Shown: positions 10,563 to 23,574, counted from the whole stretch's first letter. The stretch is 63,849 nucleotides of DNA, filler included, from Octopus bimaculoides (GCF_001194135.2; 6 parts of 5 records of this genome joined end to end with filler, not necessarily neighbours in it); one strand, 5' to 3'. A program made the numbers and translations. The notes: generated by a model not told the origin, from the letters alone.

Positions 10563-10690
10563 CGGGCTGATTACTACCTAGCTCAGATACCAGGAAACCC
10601 CAAAATGGCTGAAGTTCAAAAGATAGTGTTCTTGGGAATTGCCCATATCCTACGTAAAATACTGTCTATGTGATCTCAAATTTTAAAACA
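10340..10690 (+). mobile_element. Two further R4/Dong-like 3' end fragments separated by (TAA)n
   Basis: RILKGVLGI* at about 10340-10370 and EVQKIVFLGIAHILRKILSM* at about 10610-10673, each flanked by TAA runs. Confidence 0.65.
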
Positions 10691-10700
10691 NNNNNNNNNN

Positions 10701-10748
<48 letters not shown>

Positions 10749-11989
10749 TTCGCCACTGTTACATCGAACTCCACAATCAAGAACACCGACAACATCATAA
10801 CAGATCTATCACCGTTTACCGCCAACGCAACCAATACCACTGCAATCGTTAATACCAATGACATCATCAGCATCCATTACCAATACCTGTATTCGGTAAA
10901 TCGAAATACAGTCACCATCATCACTATCACATCTATCATCATCACTATCTTCATTACCACCGCTGCCTCGACCATCATTAGTTATCACCGTTATAATCGG
11001 TACCACTCTCATCGAAATCCATAAAAGTAACCAGATTTACAACCACCCCCAACAACAAAAACAATATCGTCAATGTCTCACTACCACCACAGTTCCACCA
11101 CCATCACCACCACATTCCCTACTAAAGATATCATCATCATCATCATCATCGTCAATACCATCATCAATATTTATCACATGCACCTTCGCTGTCAAAATCC
11201 AAATATTCCACCATCACTACCGTCTACACAACCAACATCACCAACTCCACTGACACCACCAACACCGCCGACTTCACCCTCACGTGAGCGAATTCTGTTC
11301 AATTGAAATGTCGCTTTACTTTGAATTTGACTCTGCACTTTGCGAAATACCCGGATGACAAGTGAAAGTCGTAATCAACGGCTATTCAAAATGGTCGCCA
11401 GTTTAAAAGGAAGTCTGATGTTTTCCATTACAGGTTCACTGCATACACAAAATAAAATGAATATGGAAACAACATAGAATAAAAATAATTAAAATAACAC
11501 TGATGCAAGAAAGCAAATGAAATCACGATTTCATTTGGCAGGTGGAAAAATATGGACTTTCTCAAGAGAGAACAAACCAATATTCATAATATGCTCGTAA
11601 CTTAGAAGCCCTTAATATTTTTCTTCATGCTTTCTTTCTTTCTACTGATTTCAATCACAGTATTACAGCCATGCTGGGGCACCATCTTCAAAGGAGGTTT
11701 TTAATCATTTATATCAATGGTACTATTTATTAGTAGATATTCCTGGGGGAATACGTAATGTTAAGTCATCACTGAAGGAAGAGGAGATAACTGAGTCACA
11801 CTTAAATACTGCAGATATTTCTGACACAGTGTCTATACACACACACGTACGCACACTATATCTATATCTGTGTGTGTGTGTGTGTGTGTGTGCTTAACCG
11901 TCACTCTAACAAGTGGATATGAGCTGGTATCTTTTAGCTCACTTTTATGAGTTTAAGGTACCTACGTAGTAACTAGCAAACACAATATA

Positions 11990-12195
11990 CTCTCTTGAAC
12001 CCTTCACATTTCACCCTTGACCCAGTGAAGCATCAAGATTTTAACACTAGGCTCATTTACCGCTTAGTAAGCCAAAGGAACGTGAAATGAAGTACCTTGT
12101 TCAATGAAACAACACACAGTACGGTCCGAGAATTGAACCTATGATCTTATGATCGTAAACATAACAGCCTAAACACCTGACCACGCTCCTTCACA
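11990..12195 (-). mobile_element. Degenerate tRNA-derived SINE head and body
   Basis: Minus strand has a B-box-like GGTTCAATTCTC followed by GTGTTG...TTGAACAAGGTACTTCATTTCAC, related to 15160-15400. Confidence 0.55.
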
Positions 12196-12347
12196 CGTAC
12201 ATATAGACATACACACAAATATACTTACATATATACATACATACATATATACATACATACATAATACACACATGCATAGTACATACATACATACATAATA
12301 CATACATACATACATACATACATATGCAATGTATGTATGCACTTATG

Positions 12348-13583
12348 TAAAAGGTGTTCGGGATAATTTTGAGAATTTGCATAAAAGGAACAGATAGCAC
12401 AATATCCCATCCAAAAATAAAGGTATTTTAAAATATCTAAAAATATCAACTAGATTATGGCTGAGACATAACCGTTTATTCAAAGTAGCCGTCCTCAGCT
12501 TCCACCACGTCCTGAAGACGGCTCCTGAATTTGGCAAATGCACTCCTTACTGCGTCCCTGAGAAGATCTTCGAACATCATCCTGAACTTAGCTCCTTGCT
12601 TGGCTTTGATGTTGCAGCAGAACAGTTCGTGTCTTTCTCAACGGTTCCCTATACATAGTAACCCATGGGATTAGAATCAGAACAATTATGAGGCCAGAGA
12701 CTAGGGAGGTTGAAGTCGTAGAAATTCTCCGATACCCACTTCTGACTCTTTTCGAGGGTATGGCAAGGAGCTGAATCCTGCTACCACAGATATGGCCTTC
12801 CAGCAGCAATCCTCTCTCTAGCCAGGGTTTGACCACAGTCTATAGCAGCTTCAGATAGCTGTCTAAATTGAGCTTAAGGCCTGGTCAAAGATGTGGGGTG
12901 ATATGATGTCACCTCAAAGGCCATTATAGTTTGAGGGAATTTGGTTTTCATGAAACGTTGGATATCACATGGATTGTAGGCAAACCACCTATGGTTCTGG
13001 ATGTTATTCTCGTCTGACAAGAACCAGATCATCCCCAGTTAAATAGGATGCCTCAGCTTGTTCAGTGCCTTCTTTGCTTTCTTTAAGTGTTTTTTTTTCT
13101 TTGGTTATTAGAAGTTGTCCCTTGCGCATCTTGCATGAGTAAAAGTAATGGTTCTCATTCATAGTGGTGACTCCAACACTCACCTCTCTCGCTAAAGCCC
13201 GGATTCCGTTGCTCAAATCTTACATCACCTTGTCCTGCACTTATTGGCTGACTTCCAGCGTGTAAACACTGTTAGTACGCCTGTTGCGTCGCTTGTTGCT
13301 GGCCACTGCTTCATAGCTTCGGTTGCAGCTGTCCATATCATATCTCCTAGACTTTAGAGTGTTCACAGAGCATTGAGCAGCAGTCATGAAGCTGGCATTT
13401 TGCAACCGGGTGGGAATCATCATGATACAGGTGATTATATTCCAGTATTCAGATGGCTTCTTCTCCTCCATGACAGCTAACTTTTACTCACCTACAATCT
13501 TAATCCTAATTCTCTCGAACGCCGTTCCTTGTTCTTGAAAAGTGACATAAAAATCGTCAGATTTACCCCGAACATGCTGTGTA
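12348..13583 (-). mobile_element. maT (DD37D) Tc1/mariner transposon, decayed, near full length
   Basis: WFLSDE and QDSAPCH...WPHNCSDSNPM(G)YY motifs with 37-residue spacing, multiple stops, and degenerate TIRs (TGTTCGGG(G/A)TAA). Confidence 0.85.
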
Positions 13584-13799
13584 ATGTGTATATATATATA
13601 NNNNNNNNNNNNNNNNNNNNNNNNNNNNNNNNNNNNNNNNNNNNNNNNNNNNNNNNNNNNNNNNNNNNNNNNNNNNNNNNNNNNNNNNNNNNNNNNNNNN
13701 NNNNNNNNNNNNNNNNNNNNNNNNNNNNNNNNNNNNNNNNNNNNNNNNNNNNNNNNNNNNNNNNNNNNNNNNATATATATATATATACACATATATATA

Positions 13800-13980
13800 T
13801 ATTCTTTTTCTTATTTCAGTCATTTGACTGTGGACATGCAGGAGCACCATCAGTCGAACAAATCGACCCCAGGACATACTTTATGTAAGTCTGGTATTTA
13901 TTCTATTGGTCTCTTTTGCTGAACCGCTAATTTACGGGGAAGTAAACACACCAACATCGGCTGTCAAGTGATAGTGGGGG
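13800..13980 (-). mobile_element. CORE-SINE, 3' half
   Basis: TTTCAGTCATTTGACTG...CATGCAGGAGCACC...GAACCGCTAA. Confidence 0.8.
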
Positions 13981-13991
13981 AACTGCATTCT

Positions 13992-14975
13992 CTATATATC
14001 ATAGATCATGGATTCCTCTAGTCTTCTTCCTGCAACCTTTCTGTTCCTCTGGTAGTAAATTCTGGTTGTCAAGATGCTCGTAACTAATTGTAAGCAAGTG
14101 ACTGGTCTATAGTTGCTAGCTGTAATACTCTTGCTCTTATCTTTCATGATGCGTATTATCCTCCCTCTAGTCATCCAACCTGGTATTATTCCTCCATAAC
14201 GGCAATCCTGAAGTTGTTTCCTCAGTCTCCCATGAAAACTACTGAATTTCTTTAGCCAGTAACCTTGAACTAAACCTGGTCCTAGGCTCTTCCAATTCGA
14301 CATTTCCCTAACACTTTACTCATTAATGCACAAGTTAATCTTAGATCTGGCTGTTTCTCATTCACTACTTTTGCCCCCACTTTCTTACTGCATCTCCATT
14401 ATGATTGACTGGCTTATCTCAAATATTACTCTAGAACTTTCTAGCTTCTTCTGCATTAGGTTTCTCATCTTCAGTACTTCGTTCTCCGCTATTTATTTGG
14501 TTATAAAATCTCCTCTAGTCTGTCTCAAATAATCTATTCTGTTGACACTGGTTTATTAATTTCTGATATCTGGAGAGCTTACCCGCTACTGCTATGCTGT
14601 TTCAAATCTTCCATTACTGACCCAAAGCCTTTCTCCTTGACTAAGTATCTTTTCTCGAGGGAAGATTTGCATCTTGTGTTTCCTAACTTGTTTGTTTTCC
14701 AGGCTTCTATTCTACTCAGATCTTGTTTTAAAGTCTTCAGTTTATCTTTTAGCCTTCTTTTCCACATTTGGTCTTTTTAAGAGATATCTGTGAGATATCT
14801 ACTCTTCTGATGACTACTACTCCTCCTGCATAGATCAATAAGTTAGTGTTTCCTTTATTTTTAGTATCTATCCTACTGATAACAGAATCTACTTTCCTAC
14901 CCATTTCTAGCAGTTTCTTTCTGTTGGTGCCTTTTAATGCTGACAATCTTTTTCTTACTTCTATGTACATTGATA
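13992..14975 (-). mobile_element. R4/Dong-clade LINE ORF fragment (pre-RT region and RT start), frameshifted
   Basis: WKRRLKDKLKTLKQDLSRI and WKSLGPGLVQGYWLKKF...IPGWMTRGR..NYRPVTCL are characteristic of RLE non-LTR elements. Confidence 0.8.
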
Positions 14976-15023
14976 CACACGCATATACATATGTGTGTGT
15001 TTGTGTGCATTTGTGTGTATGTT

Positions 15024-15105
<82 letters not shown>

Positions 15106-15159
15106 GTGTCTGTTGAGTTTGTGTGTCTCTGTGTCTGTCTGTTTGTGTGAAAGCGCATG

Positions 15160-15400
15160 GCTTACTGGTTAGTGTGATGCAATTCCCAATTGCTAGATAT
15201 TGGTTTCGATTCCCAGACTGGGCATTGTGTTGTGTTGTTGAGCAAAACGCTTCATTTCCCGTAACGCTGCAATCATTTCGTCATTTCACGTGTGGCACGT
15301 CATGCACCTGTTCAGATGATGTCGATTTGATGGAAGTGGTGAGCTTATGCGAATACAAACATTTGATTACTATAAACAAATCGACTATGTTGTTGTTCAA
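15160..15400 (+). mobile_element. Degenerate tRNA-derived SINE
   Basis: B-box GGTTTCGATTCCC followed by GTGTTGTGTTGTTGAGCAAAACGCTTCATTTC. Confidence 0.6.
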
Positions 15401-15770
15401 CAAGAAATTCCAGGAGAGTCTATAGAATATATATATACATACATACATACATACATACATACATACATACATACATACATACAAACATATAAACAGATAT
15501 ATGCATACATCTATATATGTATGCTGTCCTTTGAGTGCAGGATCTATCAACAGTACACACATGCACACATTATTTACTTCACTCCAGTTTTATCATCAAT
15601 TAATTAGATAATTAGTCGATTAATTAATTGATTAATTTAATAATTATGTAATAAATTGGCAATGAGACTGAAATAAATGGAATCAATGAGTGGTCGTGGC
15701 TGCTAGCAGCAAGGCTCTCCGAAAGTTCAATATATGACTGAACTCACCATATGACAACGAGAATCTTACA

Positions 15771-15858
<88 letters not shown>

Positions 15859-16210
15859 TGCACATGTATATGTCTTTGTATGTTTGTGTGGCTGTGTATA
15901 TGTTTGAGCGTGAGCGTGTGTCACAAGTCCATTATATTGTAATTATTTGATAATACCTAGACCAATATTTCTAATGCTACTAATTTTCTGATGTACGTTA
16001 GCTAATAACCAAATAAGACTCCGTCTAGAATAAAAGAGTGCATTGAATATAGGATCCTAAAATGAAACTTTGCGTAAAATGAAGCAACAACAGAAACACA
16101 TCCCTGCTTACTGCTCCCACCTGATAATTTAATTATGATGAGCCGTTGATTTGCACTACCATCTGATATATGTTGACTGGAATAACATAACAGAGATTGC
16201 CTCTCTTATC

Positions 16211-16307
16211 AGCTCGCAGCGCTACCATTCAGTTTCTGTGACTGACGAGGAGATAACCACTCCGAAATGCTTGCCTCTTATAATCTGGATATGTGGAGCT
16301 GCGAGCT
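16211..16307 (+). ncRNA. Degenerate type I hammerhead motif within a long hairpin
   Basis: CUGACGA 16242-16248, GGAG/CUCC stem II, GAAA 16264-16267, stem I UGUGA/UUAUA and a perfect 10-bp outer stem AGCTCGCAGC/GCTGCGAGCT. Stem III is disrupted. Confidence 0.55.
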
Positions 16308-17599
16308 TATTTAAGTGTGTTTACACCATTTGTGTATAGCGAAAAATTTTCTCCATGACAAAGCACAATGAATTGTTTGTTTACAAGTCCAAACGTGCCA
16401 CTAGCATATTCGAACTGGTAATAACATTGCACAACAGAAAGAATGTAACTAGAACGAATCCCATGCTATAAAATATATGAACTCCACGAAACCAGTTCGA
16501 CTACAAATAGGGTTGTAATCAGTATATTGAAGATGCAAAGAAAGTTCATAAAATTTTTATGACGTCAACAAATTACAATTCTCGCTGTAAGGATACGGTT
16601 TCTAAGATCGATAGAAAAATTCGGAATGTTGCTTTGGTTCAGTGGTTAAATAACTGTCATGCTCACAGGAGATGTTGGTTCAAGTCACATGAGCAGCTTT
16701 CGACTTTTTCGGTCCAAAAGGATTTTTCAACTCTTTATTTATATGCTATTTATATGTTTATGTGTACTTCGAGATACACTGTCCTAAAGAAGAATGTGTG
16801 TGTGTGAGAGCGTATGTGTAAACATCACAAATCTAAAAGAGTCTGCGGATTGAATTTCGTCCACAGTACACAACAAGTAGACTGTCAATATAATTTTCCT
16901 ATACAATAAGAGTGGGATTAGAGTCTCTGAATTGATACCCTTACCATGTAAGGCAACGTTGTTCCCCAATAAGGATAATGGGAAGTTCCTAAATCCCCAC
17001 GGACGGTCCAGACTTTATGCACAAAAACATAGTGTAGTTACATGTTTCCAGTGTAACTGCCTTCGATTGCTCGTACATTCAATACTAGGTCCTTAACCAC
17101 TACTATCAGGAAGGAAGAATTTCATACGATGCCCGTGTATATTTTATCGACGTATTTTGTGTACAAGAACATTGAAACTTGCATGTTGAGCCACTTATAC
17201 AGATGACAATAAAGAAATTTATTCCATTAATATGGAAGAATAAACAGAATGCTGTCACTAGAGAAGTAAGTGCCCTACTTTATCCCCAAACCCTAATGTA
17301 ATATATTAGTATTTAGAAGTAGGTGCACTACTTTATCCCAAAGCTCTTTATGTAATATATGAGTATTTTGCAATGTACTGAATGTTCCATAGACTTACTC
17401 CAATTGGAAACCAAGCGAATCGTTTTCTACTGCTTCAGCCCCCACAAAAAACATCTAAAAGAAGAGGTTCAGCAAGTCTATCTGTAATATTTGTATAATC
17501 AGTGCAATCCAAGCAAGCCACTTCCTCTTAATTAGTCGGAATTTTAATACCCAGTTAGAGAAACAGTAAGCACATGAAGAATACCATAGAACAACACAG

Positions 17600-18300
17600 C
17601 AGCCGTATTACTACTTATATGCTGTCCTTGTGACAGCTTTTTTCAACTGGATTACATTCTAGCAAGAAATAAGATAAATACCCTCAGAAAGTTATGTAAG
17701 TATAACTCGTTTCACTCTGCTAAATTTGAGCACATAATTGTTTCATTTAATTGTTAGACATGTTACAAGATCAAAGTGCCAGCCAGAAATACTATGAAGG
17801 AAATCGGTAGGGGAAAGAAGCTGGAGTTTTTTTATCCAAGGAGTTCACCGCTGCACCAAACAACTGGTTTATCACGCATTGTGACAGACTTGAGTACAAA
17901 AGTAGTGGTGCTGCATATGACATCCTTGTTAATGCCAACAAAGATATATCACATAAGAAGAAACTAATCTTTCAATGAGATGGTAACAAGGGCCAGAGGG
18001 GATTTGCAGGGAGTAGCGCAGCAGCATCAACCGAGTTCTATTAGGAATAAGGAAAGCAAATTTGAATCGCATTTTATTAAGCGCATGAGATACTAGAACA
18101 CATCAAGTCCAAAAGTTGAGGACTCGAAAGTGTCTAAGATCAATAAAGAAATATGAAGCTGATCTGAGGCAACTGATCATCAACATGGCTTCTCTAGTGA
18201 TCCACTTTGTAAGCAAAGAATACTGACCAGCAACTTAGATGTTTTGCTTCATTACAACGGATTGCTTCTGGAAAACAGAGCTACACTGAATTAAACTTCA
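17600..18300 (+). pseudogene. Possible heavily decayed hAT transposase remnant
   Basis: Conceptual translation includes SFFQLD and EG..*GKEAGV...PNNWFITHCDRLE, reminiscent of the hAT DE(S)TD and G..GV...P....HC motifs. Many stops. Confidence 0.3.
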
Positions 18301-18799
18301 TAATTCATACGACTACCCACGCTAGTCCTTCACGTTATCATACAAACTAAGAAGCAATTTCTTCACTGTTTCATTTCATATTCATATAAACGAGAGGAAT
18401 ATGTGAAAAATATTTTCAATTTTACTCTTTTCAAATGTTTTTTTTTTCTAACTTTTGAAAAAATAAATTGAAAATGTGAGAGATAATGATATAGTTAATA
18501 AGTAAATTAATGTAAAATAAATTAAATATGTCATGATTTGCCTATTTTCCATATTTATTTCTCAAAATTTGAAAATACATATCCTTTACACTTTTATTTA
18601 CACTTTACACTTTTTTNNNNNNNNNNNNNNNNNNNNNNNNNNNNNNNNNNNNNNNNNNNNNNNNNNNNNNNNNNNNNNNNNNNNNNNNNNNNNNNNNNNN
18701 NNNNNNNNNNNNNNNNNNNNNNNNNNNNNNNNNNNNNNNNNNNNNNNNNNNNNNNNNNNNNNNNNNNNNNNNNNNNNNNNNNNACGTAACTGAATATTG

Positions 18800-18871
<72 letters not shown>

Positions 18872-19396
18872 CAAACAAAGAGACAGATAGATAGATATTG
18901 TAGCTATTATTATTTCTTATATTATGATGATTATTATGAAATGATATAGAAGATCGTGCATCTTATTCAGTTACTGGATTTAAATATTGTTTACTGCAAG
19001 TAATTAACTATAAAACTCAATATTTAATACATTTGGGTTTTCCATGGATACGCATTTGTATGTATATTTATATGTATATGCACGCATACATATACATGTA
19101 TATATATGTGTGTGTGTGTGTATGTGCATGTGTGTGCACGTGGTAATGTATATATGTATGTATAGTTTTATGTATTTTTTGCATCTAGAGATTAAAAAAT
19201 ATTCTGTATATGTATATTTATATAATAATCACATATACAGTTCAGTAACTATGAGGAGAGGATGCGTTTTAGATGACGCATTCTGACTGACGTTTTGATT
19301 TAGTAAATGTAAAACGTATTTTTAAGCTAATTATTGTCTCGAGGGCTTGATATTGTTTATAAATCAAGATGGCCGTGCCTAATTAATTAATATATA

Positions 19397-20969
19397 CACT
19401 GCATGTCAAATTATTAGGCAGCTCAGTTTTTTCGCAAGAACAGAAAATATCTGGATTTGATATTTGTTCGCAAGAACAAATATCGAATCCAGATATTTTC
19501 CTACTGCATGGTGATAACACCCATCTGCATGTACTGTACCAAAATAAATTTGATCCACCGATACGTAAAGAAACAACGGCCATTTTTGTTAATAGGCATC
19601 ATTTTTACTGTCCTAAATTATAAGGCAGGTCTAATAAAAATGCTAATTATGCAAAAACAAACATTTATTTAATGCGACACTTAATTTGTAACAGCAAATA
19701 TAATCATAACGGACTTTATAATGAACATAATAATATTGTTGAATGGAAACGATACAAGAAATATGGCGTCATAAAGTTCTTAATGATGGATGGATGTATG
19801 ATTCTCCACATGAGAGAACGTCCCTGACGCGTTTATTTGTCAAGGTAGCTATTTAATCTCATATCAGCAGCATCCACAATAGGTTTCTAGAATGCATCTT
19901 TCGTTGAAAACTGCCGTCCATCTTGATATAACTTCCTCTTCAGAACACTCCATAGATTTTAAATCGAGTTTAAGTCGTGTGAACACGTTGGCCTCTTCAT
20001 CAAACAGTGTCCAGAGAAGCCTAATTGTTGTAGGTATTCCGGAGATTTCTTAGCTGCCTGGGATGGCGCATTATCTTGCATGAATACCAGCGTTCTCTTT
20101 AATGAAACTTTCTGCTTTTTCAACCATGGCTTAAAATTGTCCTCCAATAAGGCAACATAGGCATTAGGTGTTATCTTAATTCCGTCTGGCACTTTCCAAG
20201 AACCAGCCCAAATCATCACTCCGCCTCCTCATTGTTGGTGTCTCAAACGATGAGGACGATTTCCGCTAATTGCAACCCATCCTTTACTCCACCCATCTGG
20301 TCTGTCTAGGGTAGCACGGCATTCATCAATAAAGAGACTTTTGAAAAATCTATCTTCATGCAGTCTTCTGCCCATTTGACTCTATTTTGTTTATGAACAC
20401 CCTTCAGAGGAGACTTTGTAACAGGTTTTGCGTTCTTGGCTACCTGCTTCAGGAGGCGACACTTGGTAGATTTCGAAATGTCTACCCTACCACACTTCTC
20501 GACTAATCAGACACGTGTTCTTCGCAACTTCTTTCATTATACGTGACAGGGTACACATGGAAACAACCCTCGATTTACCCTTGTCAGCCCTTGAACGGAC
20601 AGCAGAAGATTCCACAAATTTCTTCACAGATTGATGATCTTTTCCCAGGATCTTTGATATTTCCAATGTCGTTTTTGTTTTTCCAAGTTCTGAGACGATG
20701 GTGGACTTCTCATTTGATGTTAAATTACGTTTTTGACCCATAATAACACATTTATTGGGCGTTTGCTTAATAATTTAGGACGGTAAAATTGTTGCTGTTT
20801 CATGAAAATGGCCACCGTTTGTTTACATCTGCACGAATACGCTTTATTTTACTACAGTATACGCAGGCAGATGTTGCCATCATTCAGTGAAAACATATTT
20901 CGATTCGAACGAATAAATACTCTATTATTTCGATAAAAACAGAGCTGCCTAATAATTTGACATGCAGTG
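19397..20969 (-). mobile_element. Full-length TRT-like (DD37E) Tc1 transposon, coding-dead
   Basis: Perfect 28-bp TIRs CACTGCATGTCAAATTATTAGGCAGCTC with TA on both sides. ORF pieces include MGQKRNLTSNEKSTIV, LDRPDG and QDNAPSQ...DLNSI* (37 residues, E codon now TAA). Confidence 0.92.
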
Positions 20970-21044
20970 TATATTGCTTGTTAGACCAGCGCTTGCGATC
21001 GTGGGTAAAGTATAAAAAGGTGCATGATTCTTATTTTATCTGTT

Positions 21045-21487
21045 ACTTGTTTCAGTCATTTAACTGCGGTCATGCTAGGGCACCGACTTGTAGAGTTTTG
21101 GTCCAAGAAATCGACCCCGATATTTATATTTCAAAGCCTGATGGTTTTTATCGGTCTCTTTTAGCCTGACCGCTAATTTACGGAAACGTAAACAAACTAA
21201 CGTCGTTTGGTGATGAGGAAGACAAAGTCTCTCTCTCTCTCACACACACACACGCTCATACACATATATATGTACGTATGTATGTTTGTTTATATGTATG
21301 TATGTATGTATTTATGTATGTATGTATATAACGGGTTTCTTTCAGTTTCTGTCTGCCAAGTCCACTCACAAGTCTTTGGTCGACCGGGTGCTATGGTAGA
21401 AGACACTTACCCAAGCTACCACGCAGTAGGACTGAACCTGCAATCATGTGACTGGGAAGCAGCTTCTTACCACAAAGCCACGCCTGC
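21045..21487 (-). mobile_element. CORE-SINE, near full length with expanded internal microsatellite
   Basis: Tail at about 21050 and head/core at 21330-21487. Confidence 0.8.
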
Positions 21488-22558
21488 TCTTATAAACTTT
21501 AGATAAATAGAACTTAAAATGAATTCATTAATAGGTAATAATTTTTCTAACTGCCATCAACGAATGTTATTTTCGGATTACTTGCGAGTTTATTTCTGAT
21601 TTTTTGTAGGTATATTACGGGAAGATTTTATTAATGAAAAATGTACACAACACTTTCCTTTGAATTACGCTATTTTCTATCTAATATATGCTCTGTTTCC
21701 CTTGAGCAATCCTTTCTCTGTGGAAACACTATGGCAACATCTTGCTTTTCCTGGGGTTGAATTTGTTTTTTTTCATATTTAACATACACTGTGTGATATG
21801 GCAACTCTTTCGTGAGAGTTATAACTATTTTCACTGAAGTAGAATCTTCGTTTTCTAAGTAAAAGCCCATTATGCATCGGTAGCAACATTTCTCTGGAAA
21901 TTTTCCATCCAATTCAATTTACCTAGATATATCTTCACATTTTAAGTGTGGCATTTATTCCTCTTTCTATTTAACAATCTGACCTGAAAAGGCAGTATGT
22001 TCTGTAAGTATTGAAATTTGGTTTCTTCGGGGCATTCTTTCCTTTAAGCCTGAAGTGAAATCATGTGTTAAGAATACCAAACAGCGAACATTAAAACATA
22101 TAACAATTATGTACATATGAGACAAAGCACGATGTTGTGCATTATAGTAAATCCGGTGCTTCATAAAAAGAATGATTCAAGAGTCCCTTTATTANNNNNN
22201 NNNNNNNNNNNNNNNNNNNNNNNNNNNNNNNNNNNNNNNNNNNNNNNNNNNNNNNNNNNNNNNNNNNNNNNNNNNNNNNNNNNNNNNNNNNNNNNNNNNN
22301 NNNNNNNNNNNNNNNNNNNNNNNNNNNNNNNNNNNNNNNNNNNNNNNNNNNNNNNNNNNNNNNNNNNNNNNNNNNNNNNNNNNNNNNNNNNNNNNNNNNN
22401 NNNNNNNNNNNNNNNNNNNNNNNNNNNNNNNNNNNNNNNNNNNNNNNNNNNNNNNNNNNNNNNNNNNNNNNNNNNNNNNNNNNNNNNNNNNNNNNNNNNN
22501 NNNNNNNNNNNNNNNNNNNNNNNNNNNNNNNNNNNNNNNNNNNNNNNNNNNNNNNNNN

Positions 22559-22591
<33 letters not shown>

Positions 22592-22994
22592 ACATTCATA
22601 CATATATATATATGTATGTGTGTATGTATGCATGTATGTATGTGTATGAATATATTTTAATATTCAATCAAAAGGTAATGGGTTCGATTCCTAGACCTAC
22701 CAACATGAAATGCAAGGCACTTTATTTCACTTTATTCTAGTTTTTAGTGGTCTACAATGAATACCAGCTGAATGCTGGTGTAACTCTGCACTCCTCTGCT
22801 TGTCACGTTGTGGCTGATCCCTAATTTGACGACAAGAAATTCGAAATAGTGTGTGTATCTGCTTGCAGCGACTATGTTGGCATCTAAAGTCATAAACGAA
22901 AGTATGGTACAAGCTGTATTACATGCTACAAACTTATCCTGGATTCCAAGTTACGGCTGTAGCACGTACATATACATATATTCTTTTATTTTTT

Positions 22995-23167
22995 TATTCG
23001 TTTTAGTAATTTGACTGCGGCCATGCTTTAGCTCCTCTTTTAGTCGAACAAATCGACTCCAGGACTTATTTTTTGTAAGCCTAGTCCTTATTCTATCGGT
23101 CTCTTTTGCCAAACCGCTAAGGTACGGTGACATAAACACACCAGCATCGGTTGTTAAGCGATGTTGG
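22995..23167 (-). mobile_element. CORE-SINE, 3' half
   Basis: TTGACTGCGGCCATGC...AACCGCTAA...ACACCAGCATCGG. Confidence 0.8.
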
Positions 23168-23269
23168 NNNNNNNNNNNNNNNNNNNNNNNNNNNNNNNNN
23201 NNNNNNNNNNNTTAATTAATTAANNNNNNNNNNNNNNNNNNNNNNNNNNNNNNNNNNNNNNNNNNNNCT

Positions 23270-23560
23270 CGAATGTGGAATCTAAAAACAGAAACAATTC
23301 CTATCATAGTAGGTGCCTTAGGTATAATAAAAAAATATTCAGACAAATACATAACAAAAACACCAGGACTTACAAATATATATAACATACAGAAAATTGC
23401 ACTACTGGGTACTGCACACATTCTACGCAAAACACTTTCAATACAGTAAACATAAGAGCACCACATCAAACCACAGCACATACCCAAGGCGCACAGAGCT
23501 GCGCTCGGTAGTGAAGTGAAAGCACGTTATAAAAATAAAACTACTGAATAATAATAAATC
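23270..23560 (+). mobile_element. R4/Dong-clade LINE 3' end
   Basis: IPIIVGALGIIKK...IQKIALLGTAHILRKTLSIQ* plus 3' UTR and TAA tail. Confidence 0.8.
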
Positions 23561-23574
23561 CTTTCTACTATAGG

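Noticed and set aside
16941-17015. Possible minus-strand exon ending CATG|GTAAGG (WTVRGDLGTSHYPYWGTTLPYM)
   Set aside because: The donor is good but the acceptor is weak, and the peptide is not recognised.
21670-21912. 80-aa minus-strand ORF (DGKFPEKCCYRC...)
   Set aside because: TTG start, in-frame stop just upstream, no usable acceptor and no recognisable family.
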